A DNA stretch of 64,000 nucleotides from Myxococcales bacterium (GCA_043747615.1 JAYTOU010000077.1:1-64000), one strand, 5' to 3'. Shown: positions 49,215 to 59,889, counted from the first letter of the stretch. The notes: generated by a model from the sequence alone, not told the origin. Numbers and translations: made by a program.

Positions 49215-49301
49215 AACGTCCGCGTACGTGCCCTCGCACACGTAGATCCGAGGCTTCCCCGCGTTCGTCTTTCCCAGCGCCGTCGCGATCGTCTTCACCG
49301 G
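49215..49301 (-). pseudogene. Short remnant of a DUF1565/beta-helix N-cap motif
   Basis: PVKTIATAL...RIYVCEGTYAD; no continuation on either side. Confidence 0.5.
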
Positions 49302-49706
49302 ACAATCGCGGCGCCGCGCTCATCATTCGGACGCTTTGCCGAAGCCGCTCCGCATTTTCGCCGAGCGAGTGCTGCTGCAAGCGGAGAGCTCTCGATGGAG
49401 CACGAGATCCTCTCCTGCATGAACGAGATGTTCGCGAACCTCGCACTCGGAGACGCCGCGGCCGCCGCGATGACGGTCACCGCTCCCTTCTGCTGGCGCG
49501 CGCGGGGGAAATGGAAAAGCTCGCGCAAGACCGAAAATTTCCCTCGTTTTATTGGTTCGAGCTGCTTCGCTCAACCGTCCAAAAAATGCACGATACTGCT
49601 CATCGCGACGCGATGACCGAGACCCTCGAGCGTCTCATTCTCCTTCTCGGTCCACTCAGTCATCACCAACGGTAGATCCCGCGCTCGGAGTGAGTAGACT
49701 CCGCGC

Positions 49707-50861
49707 ATGGCATCACCGGAGCGTTCGGGAATCATCGGCTACGACTCTTTCCACTTCGTGGTGGAAAACCTCGAGCGGTCGCGAAAATTTTACACCAAGA
49801 TGCTCGACTTCAAGGAAGTCGCGCGCGCCGGAAATGAGCTCGTCGAGCGGAGCGGGCAGGAGTCCGTCGTCTTCGGCGCCGGCGACGTGCGGGTGTGCGT
49901 GTCCACCCCGCTCGCTCCCCAATCGAAGGCCGCGCGCTACGGCAAGCGGCATCCCTCCGGCGTCATGAGTCTCAGCTTTCGCGTGGAAAATCTCGCGCAG
50001 ACGGAGGCCTACCTCGACAAGCGTGGCGCCACGTTCTTGAGCGAGCCCCTCGAGCTCAAAGACGCGCACGGCGGCACCTACCGCCAGTTCGAGATCGCGA
50101 CCCCCCTCGGCGAGGTCGCATTTCGCTTCGTGGAGCGCAGCGATTTTCAGCCATTTGCGCCTGGTTTCGTGGACGTCGGCACGGGCAACGCGTCGAAGCC
50201 GGCAAACCTCTTCGGGATCACCGCCATCGATCACATCACCTCGAATGGGCTCACCATGCAGCCGATCGTCGCCTGGTACCGCGACGTGCTCGGCTTCGAG
50301 CCCTTCTGGGAAATCAGCTTCCACACCCACGACGTCGCCAAGGAGCGCGCGTCCGGATCGGGCCTTCGATCGATCGTGATGTGGGATCCGGAGAGCGGTG
50401 TGAAGTTCGCTACGAACGAGCCGTTGCGCCCGTTCTTCCGCGACTCGCAGATCGCAAAGTTCGTGGAAGAGAACGGCGGCAATGGCGTCCAACACATCGC
50501 CTTCGCGGTGAGCAACATCATCACCGCCGTCGAAGAGCTCCAGCGTCGCGGCGTCGAGTTCTTGGCCACGCCCGAGTCGTACTACCGCGATCTCCCGGAG
50601 CGACTCGCCAAGCTTGGGATCACCAACGTGAAAGAGGAGCTCGCCGAGCTCGAGCGCCTGCAGATCCTTCTCGACGGCGCGAACGACAAATACATGCTCC
50701 AGATCTTCATGCGCGAAGCCGCCGCGCTCTACGACGAGTCGCGGGCCGGGCCGTTCTTCTACGAGATCATCCAGCGCGCCGGCGATCCGGGCTTCGGCTA
50801 CGGCAATTTCCGCGCGCTCTTCGAGAGCATCGAGCGCCACCAGAGCGACGCCAAGAAATGA
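49707..50861 (+). CDS. hppD: 4-hydroxyphenylpyruvate dioxygenase
   Basis: IDHIT, SGLRS, NEP, SQI, GVQHIAF, LQIF, FFYEIIQR, GFGYGNFRALFESIE. Confidence 0.95.
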   Translation: MASPERSGIIGYDSFHFVVENLERSRKFYTKMLDFKEVARAGNELVERSGQESVVFGAGDVRVCVSTPLAPQSKAARYGKRHPSGVMSLSFRVENLAQTEAYLDKRGATFLSEPLELKDAHGGTYRQFEIATPLGEVAFRFVERSDFQPFAPGFVDVGTGNASKPANLFGITAIDHITSNGLTMQPIVAWYRDVLGFEPFWEISFHTHDVAKERASGSGLRSIVMWDPESGVKFATNEPLRPFFRDSQIAKFVEENGGNGVQHIAFAVSNIITAVEELQRRGVEFLATPESYYRDLPERLAKLGITNVKEELAELERLQILLDGANDKYMLQIFMREAAALYDESRAGPFFYEIIQRAGDPGFGYGNFRALFESIERHQSDAKK

Positions 50862-50871
50862 ACGAGCCGCG

Positions 50872-52050
50872 ATGATCGATCGTCAGTCCTTCGGGGTTTT
50901 TCCAGCGAAGCCTCACACCGCGTTTCGCGATGACAAAGGCGTGCTCCTCTACGAGGAAATGTTCACCCGCGCCGGCTTCGGAGGCGCCTTCACCTATTTC
51001 TATCACCGGCATCCGATCACCCCGCACAAGCTCGTGGAGACGACGACCCGCGGGTACCTGCCTCCTTCGCCGGACGAGCGGGCGATCCATCCGCTCAAAC
51101 GCCATCTCTATTTGAGCGACAAGATCGCTGCCGGTGGACAGCTCTGGGAGAAGCGCACGCCGATTCTCTTCAACCGCGATCTCACGGTTCTCCTCGCCCG
51201 GCCCACGGAGACGGACGAAGCCTATTTCGCCAACGGCGATGGCGACGAGCTGTGGTTCGTGCAGGAGGGGAGCGCGCGCATCGAGTCACCCTGCGGCTGG
51301 CTCGAGGTGAGCACGCACGACTACGTGTGGATTCCGCGATCCATGGTTCATCGCTGGCATCCGAATGGCCCCATGCGCCTCATGTGCTTCGAAGCCCACG
51401 GAGGCGCGCGAATCCCCGAGCAGTTTCGCAACCCGGTGGGGCAGCTGCAAATGGATGCACCTTACACGCATCGCGATTTCGTGCGCCCCACGGGGCCGAT
51501 TGCCACCCTGGATGCAACGCTCGATGGTCCTACCGATCTGTATGTGAAGAAGGGCGGACGCTTCACCCACTACGTCCTCGACCGCCCACCGATGGACGTC
51601 GTCGGCTGGGACGGCTTCGTCTACCCCTGGGCTTTTGCGATCCGAAAATACCAGCCGAAAACAGGCATGATTCACCTCCCGCCTACGATCCACGCCACCT
51701 TCGCCGGCCCGGGATTCTTGGTGTGCTCGTTCGTTCCCCGACTGACCGATACGCATCCCGACGCCATCCCTTGTCCGTACCCGCACTCGAGCCCGGACTG
51801 CGATGAGGTCATCCTCTACTTGAGCGGCAACTTCACCAGCCGCAAAGGCGTCGGGCCCGGCGCGCTTTCCTTGCATCCTGCAGGCATTCCTCACGGCCCT
51901 CATCCGGGGGCGTACGAAGGGAGCATCGGAAGCACGCGCACCGACGAGCTTGCGGTGATGGTCGACACGTACCTTCCGCTCCAACCGACGGCGCAAGCGG
52001 CAGCCATCGAGGATCCCGGGTACCACGCCTCGTGGAGCCTCGAGGTTTGA
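50872..52050 (+). CDS. hmgA: Homogentisate 1,2-dioxygenase
   Basis: NGDGDE, DVVGWDG, HLPPTIH, CSFVPR, PYPHS..DCDE, HGPHPG, ELAVMVDT. Confidence 0.95.
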   Translation: MIDRQSFGVFPAKPHTAFRDDKGVLLYEEMFTRAGFGGAFTYFYHRHPITPHKLVETTTRGYLPPSPDERAIHPLKRHLYLSDKIAAGGQLWEKRTPILFNRDLTVLLARPTETDEAYFANGDGDELWFVQEGSARIESPCGWLEVSTHDYVWIPRSMVHRWHPNGPMRLMCFEAHGGARIPEQFRNPVGQLQMDAPYTHRDFVRPTGPIATLDATLDGPTDLYVKKGGRFTHYVLDRPPMDVVGWDGFVYPWAFAIRKYQPKTGMIHLPPTIHATFAGPGFLVCSFVPRLTDTHPDAIPCPYPHSSPDCDEVILYLSGNFTSRKGVGPGALSLHPAGIPHGPHPGAYEGSIGSTRTDELAVMVDTYLPLQPTAQAAAIEDPGYHASWSLEV

Positions 52051-52051
52051 G

Positions 52052-53509
52052 CTAGGGCAACGCGGCGAGGGAGAGCCAGCGCCCTTCTGCGCTCGGCATG
52101 AACGCGCGGGCCCGCGGTCCGGCGACCACCACCTGGTCCTCGTGCCAGAGCGGAATCATCGCCAAGGTTCGCAGTGCTCGCGCCTCCAGCTTCGCGTAGG
52201 CCGCCTTCCTCACGTCGCGCTCCGTCGCGCGGTCGCCTTGGTCGAGGAGCGCGTCGATGTCCGGATCGTTCAAGCGCGATCGATTCGCGCCAGCGGGAGG
52301 TATAGATGTACTATGCATGAATACTCGAAATACATTTGGTTCCGTAATTTCAGGTAACTGGAGGATCGCGGCGTCGAAGTCACCGGCGTTGAGACGAGCG
52401 ATCATCGTCCCCAGCTCGAGGGGGATCACCTCGGCCGCGATTCCCACCTCGGCGAGCTCCTGGGCGATCACCCGCGCGATGGAGATGCGTGCGCGATCCG
52501 TCGACGTGAGGAGAGTCATGTGCGTGGCCTCCGTGACGCGGAGCCGCGCTGCACCCGGATCGAATGGGAGCTCCGCCTGTTCGGTGTGTGCCCAGTGGTT
52601 CGGCGGAAGGAGCGAGCGCGCCGGCTGCGCGTATCCCGCGAGGAGCGTCCGCGTGATCGTTGGCCGATCGATGGCGAGCGAGATCGCTTCCCTGAGGCGC
52701 ACGTCGGCGAGCGCTCCGCGATCGACGCGCGCGAGCAAGTACGTGAGATTCGCTCCACTCCGCGAGACGACGGTGAGGTCCGGTCGAGCTGCCAGCGCCG
52801 GTAGGAGCGTCGGAGAAAAAACATTTTGCGCGATGTCCGAACGCCCGGCGATGATGCGTAGCGCACGCGCGTTCTCGTCGTGCACGGTGCGAATCACGAT
52901 CGCTCGGCGCGGCAGCGGAAGAACGTCGCCCTTCGGAACGAGGCTTATTTCTCCGCGTGAAACGTGGTCCACCGCGTACGGCCCAAGCCCGTCGAGACGC
53001 CCTGCCGGGTCGGGCGGGCCTTCGGCTTCGCTCGCCCGCAGAATGGGAAGCTCGAGATCGGTGAGCAGGGTAGCGTGGGCTCGCTTCATGCGGATGATGA
53101 CGGCGTGCGGGCCGTCCTCAACGGCGCTCTCGATGGCCTCGATCACCCGCGCGTGCCTCGAGCCGACGCTCGCGGAAGCAAAGGCATGAAGCGTGGTCAC
53201 CACGTCGCGCGGGGTGAGCGGCGCGCCGGAGTGAAAGTGAACGTCCTCGCGGAGAGCAACGCGTAGGGTGCGCGCGTCCAGCCACGTCCACGACGACGCC
53301 AGGTACGGCACGGGCTCGAGCGAAGTCGGATCGAGCCTCACCAATCCGGCATGAACCAAGCGGGACGCGCGCAGCCCCACCGAGTCGACGACGTACCTCG
53401 GGTCGAGTGTCTCGGCGTCGCTGGTCACCAGGATCTCGATCGATCGCTCCCCTGAGTGCGCACCCGTCGAACGCGGGCCGTTGCACCCCGCGAGTGCGAA
53501 GATGAAAAT
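52052..53509 (-). CDS. ABC transporter solute-binding lipoprotein, family 5 (peptide/nickel type)
   Basis: Lipobox LAGC, TLDP, LREDVHFHSG, GLGPY, LREAISLAIDR. No canonical start codon near the signal peptide, so the start is uncertain. Confidence 0.85.
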   Translation of the reverse strand: MFIFALAGCNGPRSTGAHSGERSIEILVTSDAETLDPRYVVDSVGLRASRLVHAGLVRLDPTSLEPVPYLASSWTWLDARTLRVALREDVHFHSGAPLTPRDVVTTLHAFASASVGSRHARVIEAIESAVEDGPHAVIIRMKRAHATLLTDLELPILRASEAEGPPDPAGRLDGLGPYAVDHVSRGEISLVPKGDVLPLPRRAIVIRTVHDENARALRIIAGRSDIAQNVFSPTLLPALAARPDLTVVSRSGANLTYLLARVDRGALADVRLREAISLAIDRPTITRTLLAGYAQPARSLLPPNHWAHTEQAELPFDPGAARLRVTEATHMTLLTSTDRARISIARVIAQELAEVGIAAEVIPLELGTMIARLNAGDFDAAILQLPEITEPNVFRVFMHSTSIPPAGANRSRLNDPDIDALLDQGDRATERDVRKAAYAKLEARALRTLAMIPLWHEDQVVVAGPRARAFMPSAEGRWLSLAALP

Positions 53510-53539
53510 CGCCCCTTTTTTCCAGGGGAAGAGAGCGCT

Positions 53540-55033
53540 ATGGCTGCCGGGATGAAGTGGCGCCCGGGTTTGATGTCTGCCCTCGTCGCGAGCACGGTAC
53601 TCGCTTCGCGCGTTGCCATTCCGCAAGACAAAGTGGATGCAGCGCCCGGCGCCTCGAACCAAGTGACCGATCGCGTGCCGGAGATCGAGGGTGCCGTTCA
53701 CGCGCTCGTCGACTCCGGCACGTTCAAGGAAGCGCAGATCGGCATCGCCGTTCTCGACGTCGACACCGGGCATTTTCTGGCTGCGTCCAACGAGCATCTA
53801 CCGCTCAACCCCGCTTCCAATGCCAAGGTGTACACCGCGGCCGCTGCTCTCGCGATGCTTCATGGCGACCATCGTTACGAGACGGCGCTTTTCGGCTCGG
53901 TGAAGGCGGGCGAGGTGACGGGCTCCCTCGTTCTGCGCGGGCATGGCGATCCCTCGCTGAGCACCGCCGATCTGTGGTCTATGGTGCAGGAGCTCAGGGC
54001 TCAAGGTGTGCGGCGAATCACCGGCGATTTGCTGGTGGATCAGCATCTCTTCGACGAGCAGACGACCCCGCCCGCCTTTGAGCAACAGCCCGCTGAGTGG
54101 GCCTGGTTCAGGGCGCCGATCAGCGCCGTCGCACTCAATGGAAACACGATCACCCTCGCGGTGCGCCCCGGCGCAGAAGGGTCCACCGCCCTCGCGTCGT
54201 TCGATCCACCGGGGTTCGTGGACATCGAAGGCTCCGTCGCCACCGCGGGTGAAGGCGCTGACTCGGTCGGTCTCGCGCTTTCTCCAAGCGGCAAACGCCT
54301 CTCGGCCAAGCTCTCTGGTTCGATCGGCGCCGACGCGAAGCTTGTAAGGTACACGCGTAGAGTGGACGACCCCACGCTCCTCGCCGGGTATGCGCTGCGG
54401 GCGCTCCTCGAGCAGGCGCAGATCAAGGTCAGCGGCGAGGTGAAGGTCGGCACCGCAAAATCAGGCCAGATCCTCGTACGTCACACGTCCGAGCCGCTCT
54501 CCGCGCTCCTCTTCGAGCTCGGAAAAGCGAGCAACAATTTCTACGCGGAGATGATCTTCAAGACCATCGGCGGCGAGATCAAAGCTCGCCCTGCGAAGAG
54601 CGCCGACGCAGCCGACCTGGTCTCGAAGTGGCTCGCCAAGGTGGGCGCCCAGGACAACGGAGTGATCATCAAGAACGGCTCGGGTCTCTACGACTCGAAT
54701 CGCGCGACCGCGTTCAGCATGGCCGAGCTCCTGCGCTTTGCCTGGCGCGATCCATCCATTCAACCCGAGTTCGTCGCCCAGCTTTCCATCGGCGGCGTCG
54801 ACGGCACGCTTCACAAGCGCTTTCGCAGCGAGCGAGTACGACGCGCCGTCCGCGCCAAAACTGGAACGCTGGACGACGCGATCGCATTGTCGGGCTACGT
54901 GCTCGGACCGCCGGGAAAAGGCCCGATTGCCTTCTCCATCTTGATGAATCACGTCTCCGGCAAAGCGAGCGCCGCCCGCATCGCTGCCGACAACCTGGTC
55001 GAGCGCATCGCCAAAAATCGTTGGGGTGAGTGA
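53540..55033 (+). CDS. dacB: D-Ala-D-Ala carboxypeptidase/endopeptidase (PBP4, S13)
   Basis: PASNAK (SxxK), GDPSL, SNN (SxN), NGSGL, KTGTL. Confidence 0.95.
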   Translation: MAAGMKWRPGLMSALVASTVLASRVAIPQDKVDAAPGASNQVTDRVPEIEGAVHALVDSGTFKEAQIGIAVLDVDTGHFLAASNEHLPLNPASNAKVYTAAAALAMLHGDHRYETALFGSVKAGEVTGSLVLRGHGDPSLSTADLWSMVQELRAQGVRRITGDLLVDQHLFDEQTTPPAFEQQPAEWAWFRAPISAVALNGNTITLAVRPGAEGSTALASFDPPGFVDIEGSVATAGEGADSVGLALSPSGKRLSAKLSGSIGADAKLVRYTRRVDDPTLLAGYALRALLEQAQIKVSGEVKVGTAKSGQILVRHTSEPLSALLFELGKASNNFYAEMIFKTIGGEIKARPAKSADAADLVSKWLAKVGAQDNGVIIKNGSGLYDSNRATAFSMAELLRFAWRDPSIQPEFVAQLSIGGVDGTLHKRFRSERVRRAVRAKTGTLDDAIALSGYVLGPPGKGPIAFSILMNHVSGKASAARIAADNLVERIAKNRWGE

Positions 55034-55035
55034 AG

Positions 55036-56622
55036 CTACTCCCGCATGTGTTTGCGGATTTTGCCCAGCGCTTGCTCTTGCAGCTGGCGGATTCGTTCCC
55101 GCGACAGGTTGTACTTGTCGCCGATTTCTTTCAGCGTGAGCTCGTCTTCGTCATCGAGGCCGAAGCGCCAGCGGATGATGCGTGACTCGATCGGTGTGAG
55201 CGTGCCGAGGAGCCTGCGCACCTCTTCGCCCCATTTCTGCGAGACGAGGCTCTCGTAGGGAGAGAGCATGTTTTCGTCTTGAAGGAAGTCGATGAACTTT
55301 CTTCCATCTTCGTCGCCCACGGGGCGATCGAGGGAAAACGGGGTCTCGGCCCAAGAGCCTTTGACCTTGTCCAGCTTCTCTTGGGGAATGCCCGTTTCCT
55401 TCTCGAGCTCCGCCAATGTCGGATCCCGGCCCGTACGCGCGATCACGGCCTGCGTGGCGCGCGCTACGCGGTTGTGCGTATCGAGCATGTGCACTGGAAT
55501 GCGCACTGCGCGACCTTTGTCGGCGAGGGCGCGGCTGATTGCATGACGAATCCACCACGACGCGTACGTCGAGAAGCGGTAGCCGCGCGTGTGATCGAAG
55601 CGCTCGACCGCCTTCATGAGGCCGATGTTTCCCTCTTGAATGAGATCGATCAGTGGGAGACGGCCACGGTTGTAGCGACGCGCGATCGAGACGACGAGGC
55701 GCAGATTCGCTTTCACGAACTTGTTCTTCACGAGCTTCGAGTGCGCGAGGGTCTGCGTCAGCTTGCTCGTGAACTTGCGGTACATCGCCGTTGGCGCGAT
55801 CTGCGCAACTTTCGGTGCCTTCGCCTTTGCGGGGACCTTCGGTTTTGGAGCGGGCTCAGGTGCACCTTCGATCGCATCAACCTGAATAAGCTCGATTTCT
55901 GAGTCGGGGACGGACATGTCGTCGTCGTCGTTGGGCTCCGGCTCGGCGCCGAGAGCACGGACGGTTTCTTCCGCGTGAGCGACCCACAGGCGATCACTGT
56001 CGGCGAGACGAATGGCTCGACCGAGCGACGTCGTGAACGTAGTCCACTTCTTTTCCTGCTCCTTGGTGAGCTTGTTACGCTGCTTTTTTGCGGTCTTCAG
56101 CAGCTTCCGCAGCTCGGCAATCTGAGGCAGGTCGATCTTCTCTTCCTCGGCGGTCGGCAGATCTCGCTCGAGCGAATCAAGCGCGTAATCGGCCGCAGGC
56201 AGGTAGTTGAAAATCGCGACCCAATGATCGACCTCGGCCTTCTCCACTTCGGTCGCCGTCTTGAGCTCTTCTTCTTGACCCATCACGTGATGGATCGCCA
56301 TCTCGCGGAAGTAGCGCGCGAGCATCGTATCGCCGCCGCCCTCTTCGAACTTGTGGGGCGCCGCGGGCTTCACCGGCTCGACGGCATCAACCTCGGCGAC
56401 CGCGGGCTCGCTCGCTTCGAACTCGTCGTCGACGATCTCGAGATCCGGAGCGGTTGCCGCCTTGGCCGACGGGGGCGCTTCCTCGTCGTCTCCCGCGTAG
56501 CCGGGCGGCGGAATGCTATGAGCGGCCGCCTCTTTAACCGAGGGCCCTGACGCACGTTCGGTGCGGGACTGCTGGGTTGCCGGCATTCGTCTCAATGCGC
56601 CGGCGCGGCTGGTCTTGCTCAT
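55036..56622 (-). CDS. RpoD-like (group 2 type) sigma-70 factor
   Basis: YFREM (region 1.2), [45 protein letters not shown]...SRERIRQ. Frame is open upstream to ATG 57078. Confidence 0.93.
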   Translation of the reverse strand: MSKTSRAGALRRMPATQQSRTERASGPSVKEAAAHSIPPPGYAGDDEEAPPSAKAATAPDLEIVDDEFEASEPAVAEVDAVEPVKPAAPHKFEEGGGDTMLARYFREMAIHHVMGQEEELKTATEVEKAEVDHWVAIFNYLPAADYALDSLERDLPTAEEEKIDLPQIAELRKLLKTAKKQRNKLTKEQEKKWTTFTTSLGRAIRLADSDRLWVAHAEETVRALGAEPEPNDDDDMSVPDSEIELIQVDAIEGAPEPAPKPKVPAKAKAPKVAQIAPTAMYRKFTSKLTQTLAHSKLVKNKFVKANLRLVVSIARRYNRGRLPLIDLIQEGNIGLMKAVERFDHTRGYRFSTYASWWIRHAISRALADKGRAVRIPVHMLDTHNRVARATQAVIARTGRDPTLAELEKETGIPQEKLDKVKGSWAETPFSLDRPVGDEDGRKFIDFLQDENMLSPYESLVSQKWGEEVRRLLGTLTPIESRIIRWRFGLDDEDELTLKEIGDKYNLSRERIRQLQEQALGKIRKHMRE

Positions 56623-57262
56623 TGTGGTTTCTTTCACCCGAGGAGAGGAAGCTTCGGGACCGGGGGAACTGCGGTGCAACTTCTGTAAGGGACGAGAATC
56701 TTTCACCTGCGTTTGGCCGTGCGAGCTTCCTAGTGACCGCGCCGGTAGACGTCCTGGCGAGACCGAGGCCCGCGCTCGCTTGACGGCTGAATCGCGAAAA
56801 GATGCGTCTGCTTTGACAAGCTCTCTTCCGGGCGTCAGAACCTGTGGTGTCGACTTCGAAGACCGGCGCTTAGCGTTCGATGACGCGGCGACTGGCTTGC
56901 GTTGAGCTGCAATTTTTATACCTCGGGCCTCTTGTTTTTTCACGTCTGCCTTAGGTCGCTTGAGCCGCCTCTCCTCGAGGTTGGCGCGAGCGGATCCCCT
57001 TGGCCCTCCGATGCCGGTCCTTCCCGTTGGATTCTGCTGGAGTTGCTGAATTTTGGCCGCTTGGGGTCCTTTTTTCATCGTCGCTTTCGAGTCAGGTTAT
57101 GTAACGCGCTCCCTCCCCGTACCTTCCGCTTCCGGTGCGATTGACTAACCTTAAGTCGAGGATCTCGTTCTGTCTGCGGTAGGGCCGAATACGAAAGAAA
57201 CGAGCCTCACCTCGTTCTACGCGCGAGCCCTCTCTGGGATTCATGGCGCGTGGAAGTGGGGC

Positions 57263-58903
57263 GTGGTTTTCCTCCTCGCATCTGTCATGCACGCGCTCGG
57301 CCATGCTGGATTGGCGTTCGCCGCTGGAGCATTCGCACAAGCCGTTTCTGGGGGCGCGATCCCGGTGCGCCAAGGATCCGGAACCTTGGCCACTGTCGTT
57401 CCAGGTGTGAGTGACCCGCTTTTCCTCGCGTTCCTGGCGTTAGGGGCAATTTTATTAAAGGTCAGCGGTGGCATCATCGCCTCTTACGTGCAAGCGCAGA
57501 TGGCCGGTGACGTCGGGAGTTTGCTTCGCGGGGAGCTCCTCGACGCGTGGCTCGCCGTGCATCGCATACGCCGATCGCGACAAACGGATCATGCCGGCGC
57601 AATGGGGTCCATGGCGGCGACCGTGGGAGAGCAGGCGCGCGGCGTTGCGGCGTTGACCGCGCGCGTGCGTGACGTCGAAGCAGGGCTCGAGGCGGGCGTT
57701 CTGGGAGGCGCGCGCGCGGTGGGACAGATTGTACCCCTCGCGATTTTGCTCGTCGTGATCGCGCCGAAGCTCGCCGCGGCGGCTCTTGCAGTGTTCCTGC
57801 CATTTTCGGTGGCCCTCGGCGCGATGCGAAAGCGCTGGAAGCGCGTCAATGCCGAGGCGACCGCTCATGGCGATGCGCTCCTCGATGCCGCCGACGACGC
57901 GATCCGAAACGCCGAGCTGTGGACGACCTATGGTGCGGAGGCGAAGGTCCGCGCTCACGTGGCGGATCTAGGAAAGTCCATCACCCGGCAGTCTGCGCGG
58001 GTCGAGGCTAGCGCCGCGGCGCTGACGGGAGCGAACGAAGTGCTCGGCGCCGTCGCGCTCGTCCTCGCCATCGCCGCCGCGCGCGCGGGCTGGCTTGGCG
58101 CCGATGCCGAGGGCGGTTCCCTTCTCGCGTTCGCCGTTGCATTTTTTCTCGCTTACAAGCCGATTCGCGAGCTCACCGACGCGCGCCTTGCGTGGATTCG
58201 GGCGAGCGTCGCGTTCGATGGGATTCGTGAAATCCTGGCGACTCGTCCCAGGGGTGCGGATCAGCCGAACGCGCAGACAGAATGGGCGCTCGCGGCGCTG
58301 GAGATCGAGGGCCTACGCCTCGGTCGCGGAGGGCTCGTGCCCCTGACGCTTTCTGTAAAAGCAGGTGAAATCGTGGCTCTTTCGGGCCCAACCGGCGTCG
58401 GCAAGACGACCCTGATTCGCACGCTCCTCGGCCTCGAAGCTCCGACGGCCGGTGAAATTCGTTACGACGGCAAGGTGCTCGGAGCAGCGCCGCCTGGCCC
58501 AAACGCGCGCCCCTTCGCGTGGGTCCCGCAAGATGCTCCCTTGCTCGGTGACACGCTCGAAGCGAACATTCTCCTCGGCGCCTCGACAGCGAAGATCGAT
58601 GACGTCCTCGGCTCTCTCGGGGCCGCGCATCTCGTCGAAGATCTCGGAGTCGCGCGGCTTGGTGCGGGCGCGCGCGCGGTGTCCGGGGGGGAGCGGCAGT
58701 GGATCGTCCTGGCGCGGGCCATTGCCACGCGTCTTCCCGTGCTTCTCCTCGACGAGCCGACGAGCGGCCTCGACGCGGCATCGCAGAAACGCGTTCTCGA
58801 TGCGATCGCCGGGCTTCGCGGAAAACGCACCGTGCTCCTCGTGACCCATCGGCCGGAGCCACTGGCCATCGCCGATTCCGTGGTGACGTTCACGCCGTCG
58901 TGA
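57263..58903 (+). CDS. ABC exporter, fused permease and ATPase
   Basis: TM domain; GPTGVGKTT, VSGGERQ, LLLDEPTS, VTH. Start uncertain. Confidence 0.9.
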   Translation: MVFLLASVMHALGHAGLAFAAGAFAQAVSGGAIPVRQGSGTLATVVPGVSDPLFLAFLALGAILLKVSGGIIASYVQAQMAGDVGSLLRGELLDAWLAVHRIRRSRQTDHAGAMGSMAATVGEQARGVAALTARVRDVEAGLEAGVLGGARAVGQIVPLAILLVVIAPKLAAAALAVFLPFSVALGAMRKRWKRVNAEATAHGDALLDAADDAIRNAELWTTYGAEAKVRAHVADLGKSITRQSARVEASAAALTGANEVLGAVALVLAIAAARAGWLGADAEGGSLLAFAVAFFLAYKPIRELTDARLAWIRASVAFDGIREILATRPRGADQPNAQTEWALAALEIEGLRLGRGGLVPLTLSVKAGEIVALSGPTGVGKTTLIRTLLGLEAPTAGEIRYDGKVLGAAPPGPNARPFAWVPQDAPLLGDTLEANILLGASTAKIDDVLGSLGAAHLVEDLGVARLGAGARAVSGGERQWIVLARAIATRLPVLLLDEPTSGLDAASQKRVLDAIAGLRGKRTVLLVTHRPEPLAIADSVVTFTPS

Positions 58904-59840
58904 GCACGCGAAGGCGGGGGCCGGGGGTGACTTCGACGGAGCGGGCGCGAAGCATCTCGCCGTCGAGCACATACGCGCTCTTGTCGCCCGTGAAGGTGAC
59001 GCGAAAGGACCGAGCGAGCGCGTCCACGTGATCGCGCCCGAGGAGCCTCTTGCCCGCGAGAACGAGAGGCATCTGGGGCCCAAGCCGCGCGGCGCCGAGC
59101 GGGCTCGCCACGCAGTGAACGCGCGAAGGGTCGTCTCCGGCGCGGTAGAGGACGCGCATCGAGAGTCCAAAATCTTTGACCACGCTCGCGGCGACCAAGC
59201 TGAAGGCGCGCGCGCGCTCGAGCCCGCCGTCGACTTCGATGGTGCACGGCGTGGGGGTGAGGACCCGGGCGGCGAGAGCACTCCCCACGAACGAGCCTAC
59301 GAATATGCGGCTGACGATCCGCGCCGCTCCCAAGTATCCCTGGTGCGGCGAGCCGTAGTACTCATCGAAAAAATTGGCGACGAGCCCGGTTCCGAACATG
59401 AAGCCGACACGATCCCCCTGCTCGACGTCACGCACGCGGAGGGTGGGCCGCTCGGTCTCGATCGTGGTGCCAGCTTGTACCGCAGCGAGCAGTCGGCGGG
59501 TGTACCCGACGAGCGAGCCGCGAAGCCCCCAGTTGCGAGCCACGGTGGAGACCGTGCCGCCAGGCGCAAAGGCGACCCTCGGCAGGCGACCGCCGAACGC
59601 GCGCGCGAGGGACGTGATCCCCGCCATGTACGATCCGTCTCCGCCCGCGAGCACCACCGCGTCCGTTCCGCGCTGGGCGATAGCGTTCACCACTCTGTCG
59701 AGATCCGCGAGCGAGCTGGTCTCGTGCAGCACCGTTCCGCTCTTGCCGGCCGCCTCCGTCGCACCGACGATCGCTGCGTAGAGGGCGGTCTCTCCTTGCA
59801 GGTGCCGCGCGCGGCGATTCACGATGACATCGACGGTCAA
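58890..59840 (-). CDS. Diacylglycerol kinase family protein
   Basis: IVN..A, AGGDGS, PGGTVSTVARNWG, LDGE. Confidence 0.88.
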   Translation of the reverse strand: MTVDVIVNRRARHLQGETALYAAIVGATEAAGKSGTVLHETSSLADLDRVVNAIAQRGTDAVVLAGGDGSYMAGITSLARAFGGRLPRVAFAPGGTVSTVARNWGLRGSLVGYTRRLLAAVQAGTTIETERPTLRVRDVEQGDRVGFMFGTGLVANFFDEYYGSPHQGYLGAARIVSRIFVGSFVGSALAARVLTPTPCTIEVDGGLERARAFSLVAASVVKDFGLSMRVLYRAGDDPSRVHCVASPLGAARLGPQMPLVLAGKRLLGRDHVDALARSFRVTFTGDKSAYVLDGEMLRARSVEVTPGPRLRVLTTA

Positions 59841-59889
59841 GGGAGGCGCGAACTAGCATGGCAGCCAAAAACAAGCTACCTCGAGGGCC

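Noticed and set aside
49395..49616. 73-aa ORF as an NTF2-like remnant
   Set aside because: Too short and too weak to support.
52949..52964. parS-like TTCTCCGCGTGAAACG
   Set aside because: Three mismatches in one arm, single copy, inside a CDS.
57080..57107. TTATGTAAC as a second dif arm
   Set aside because: No XerC-like arm at the correct spacing.
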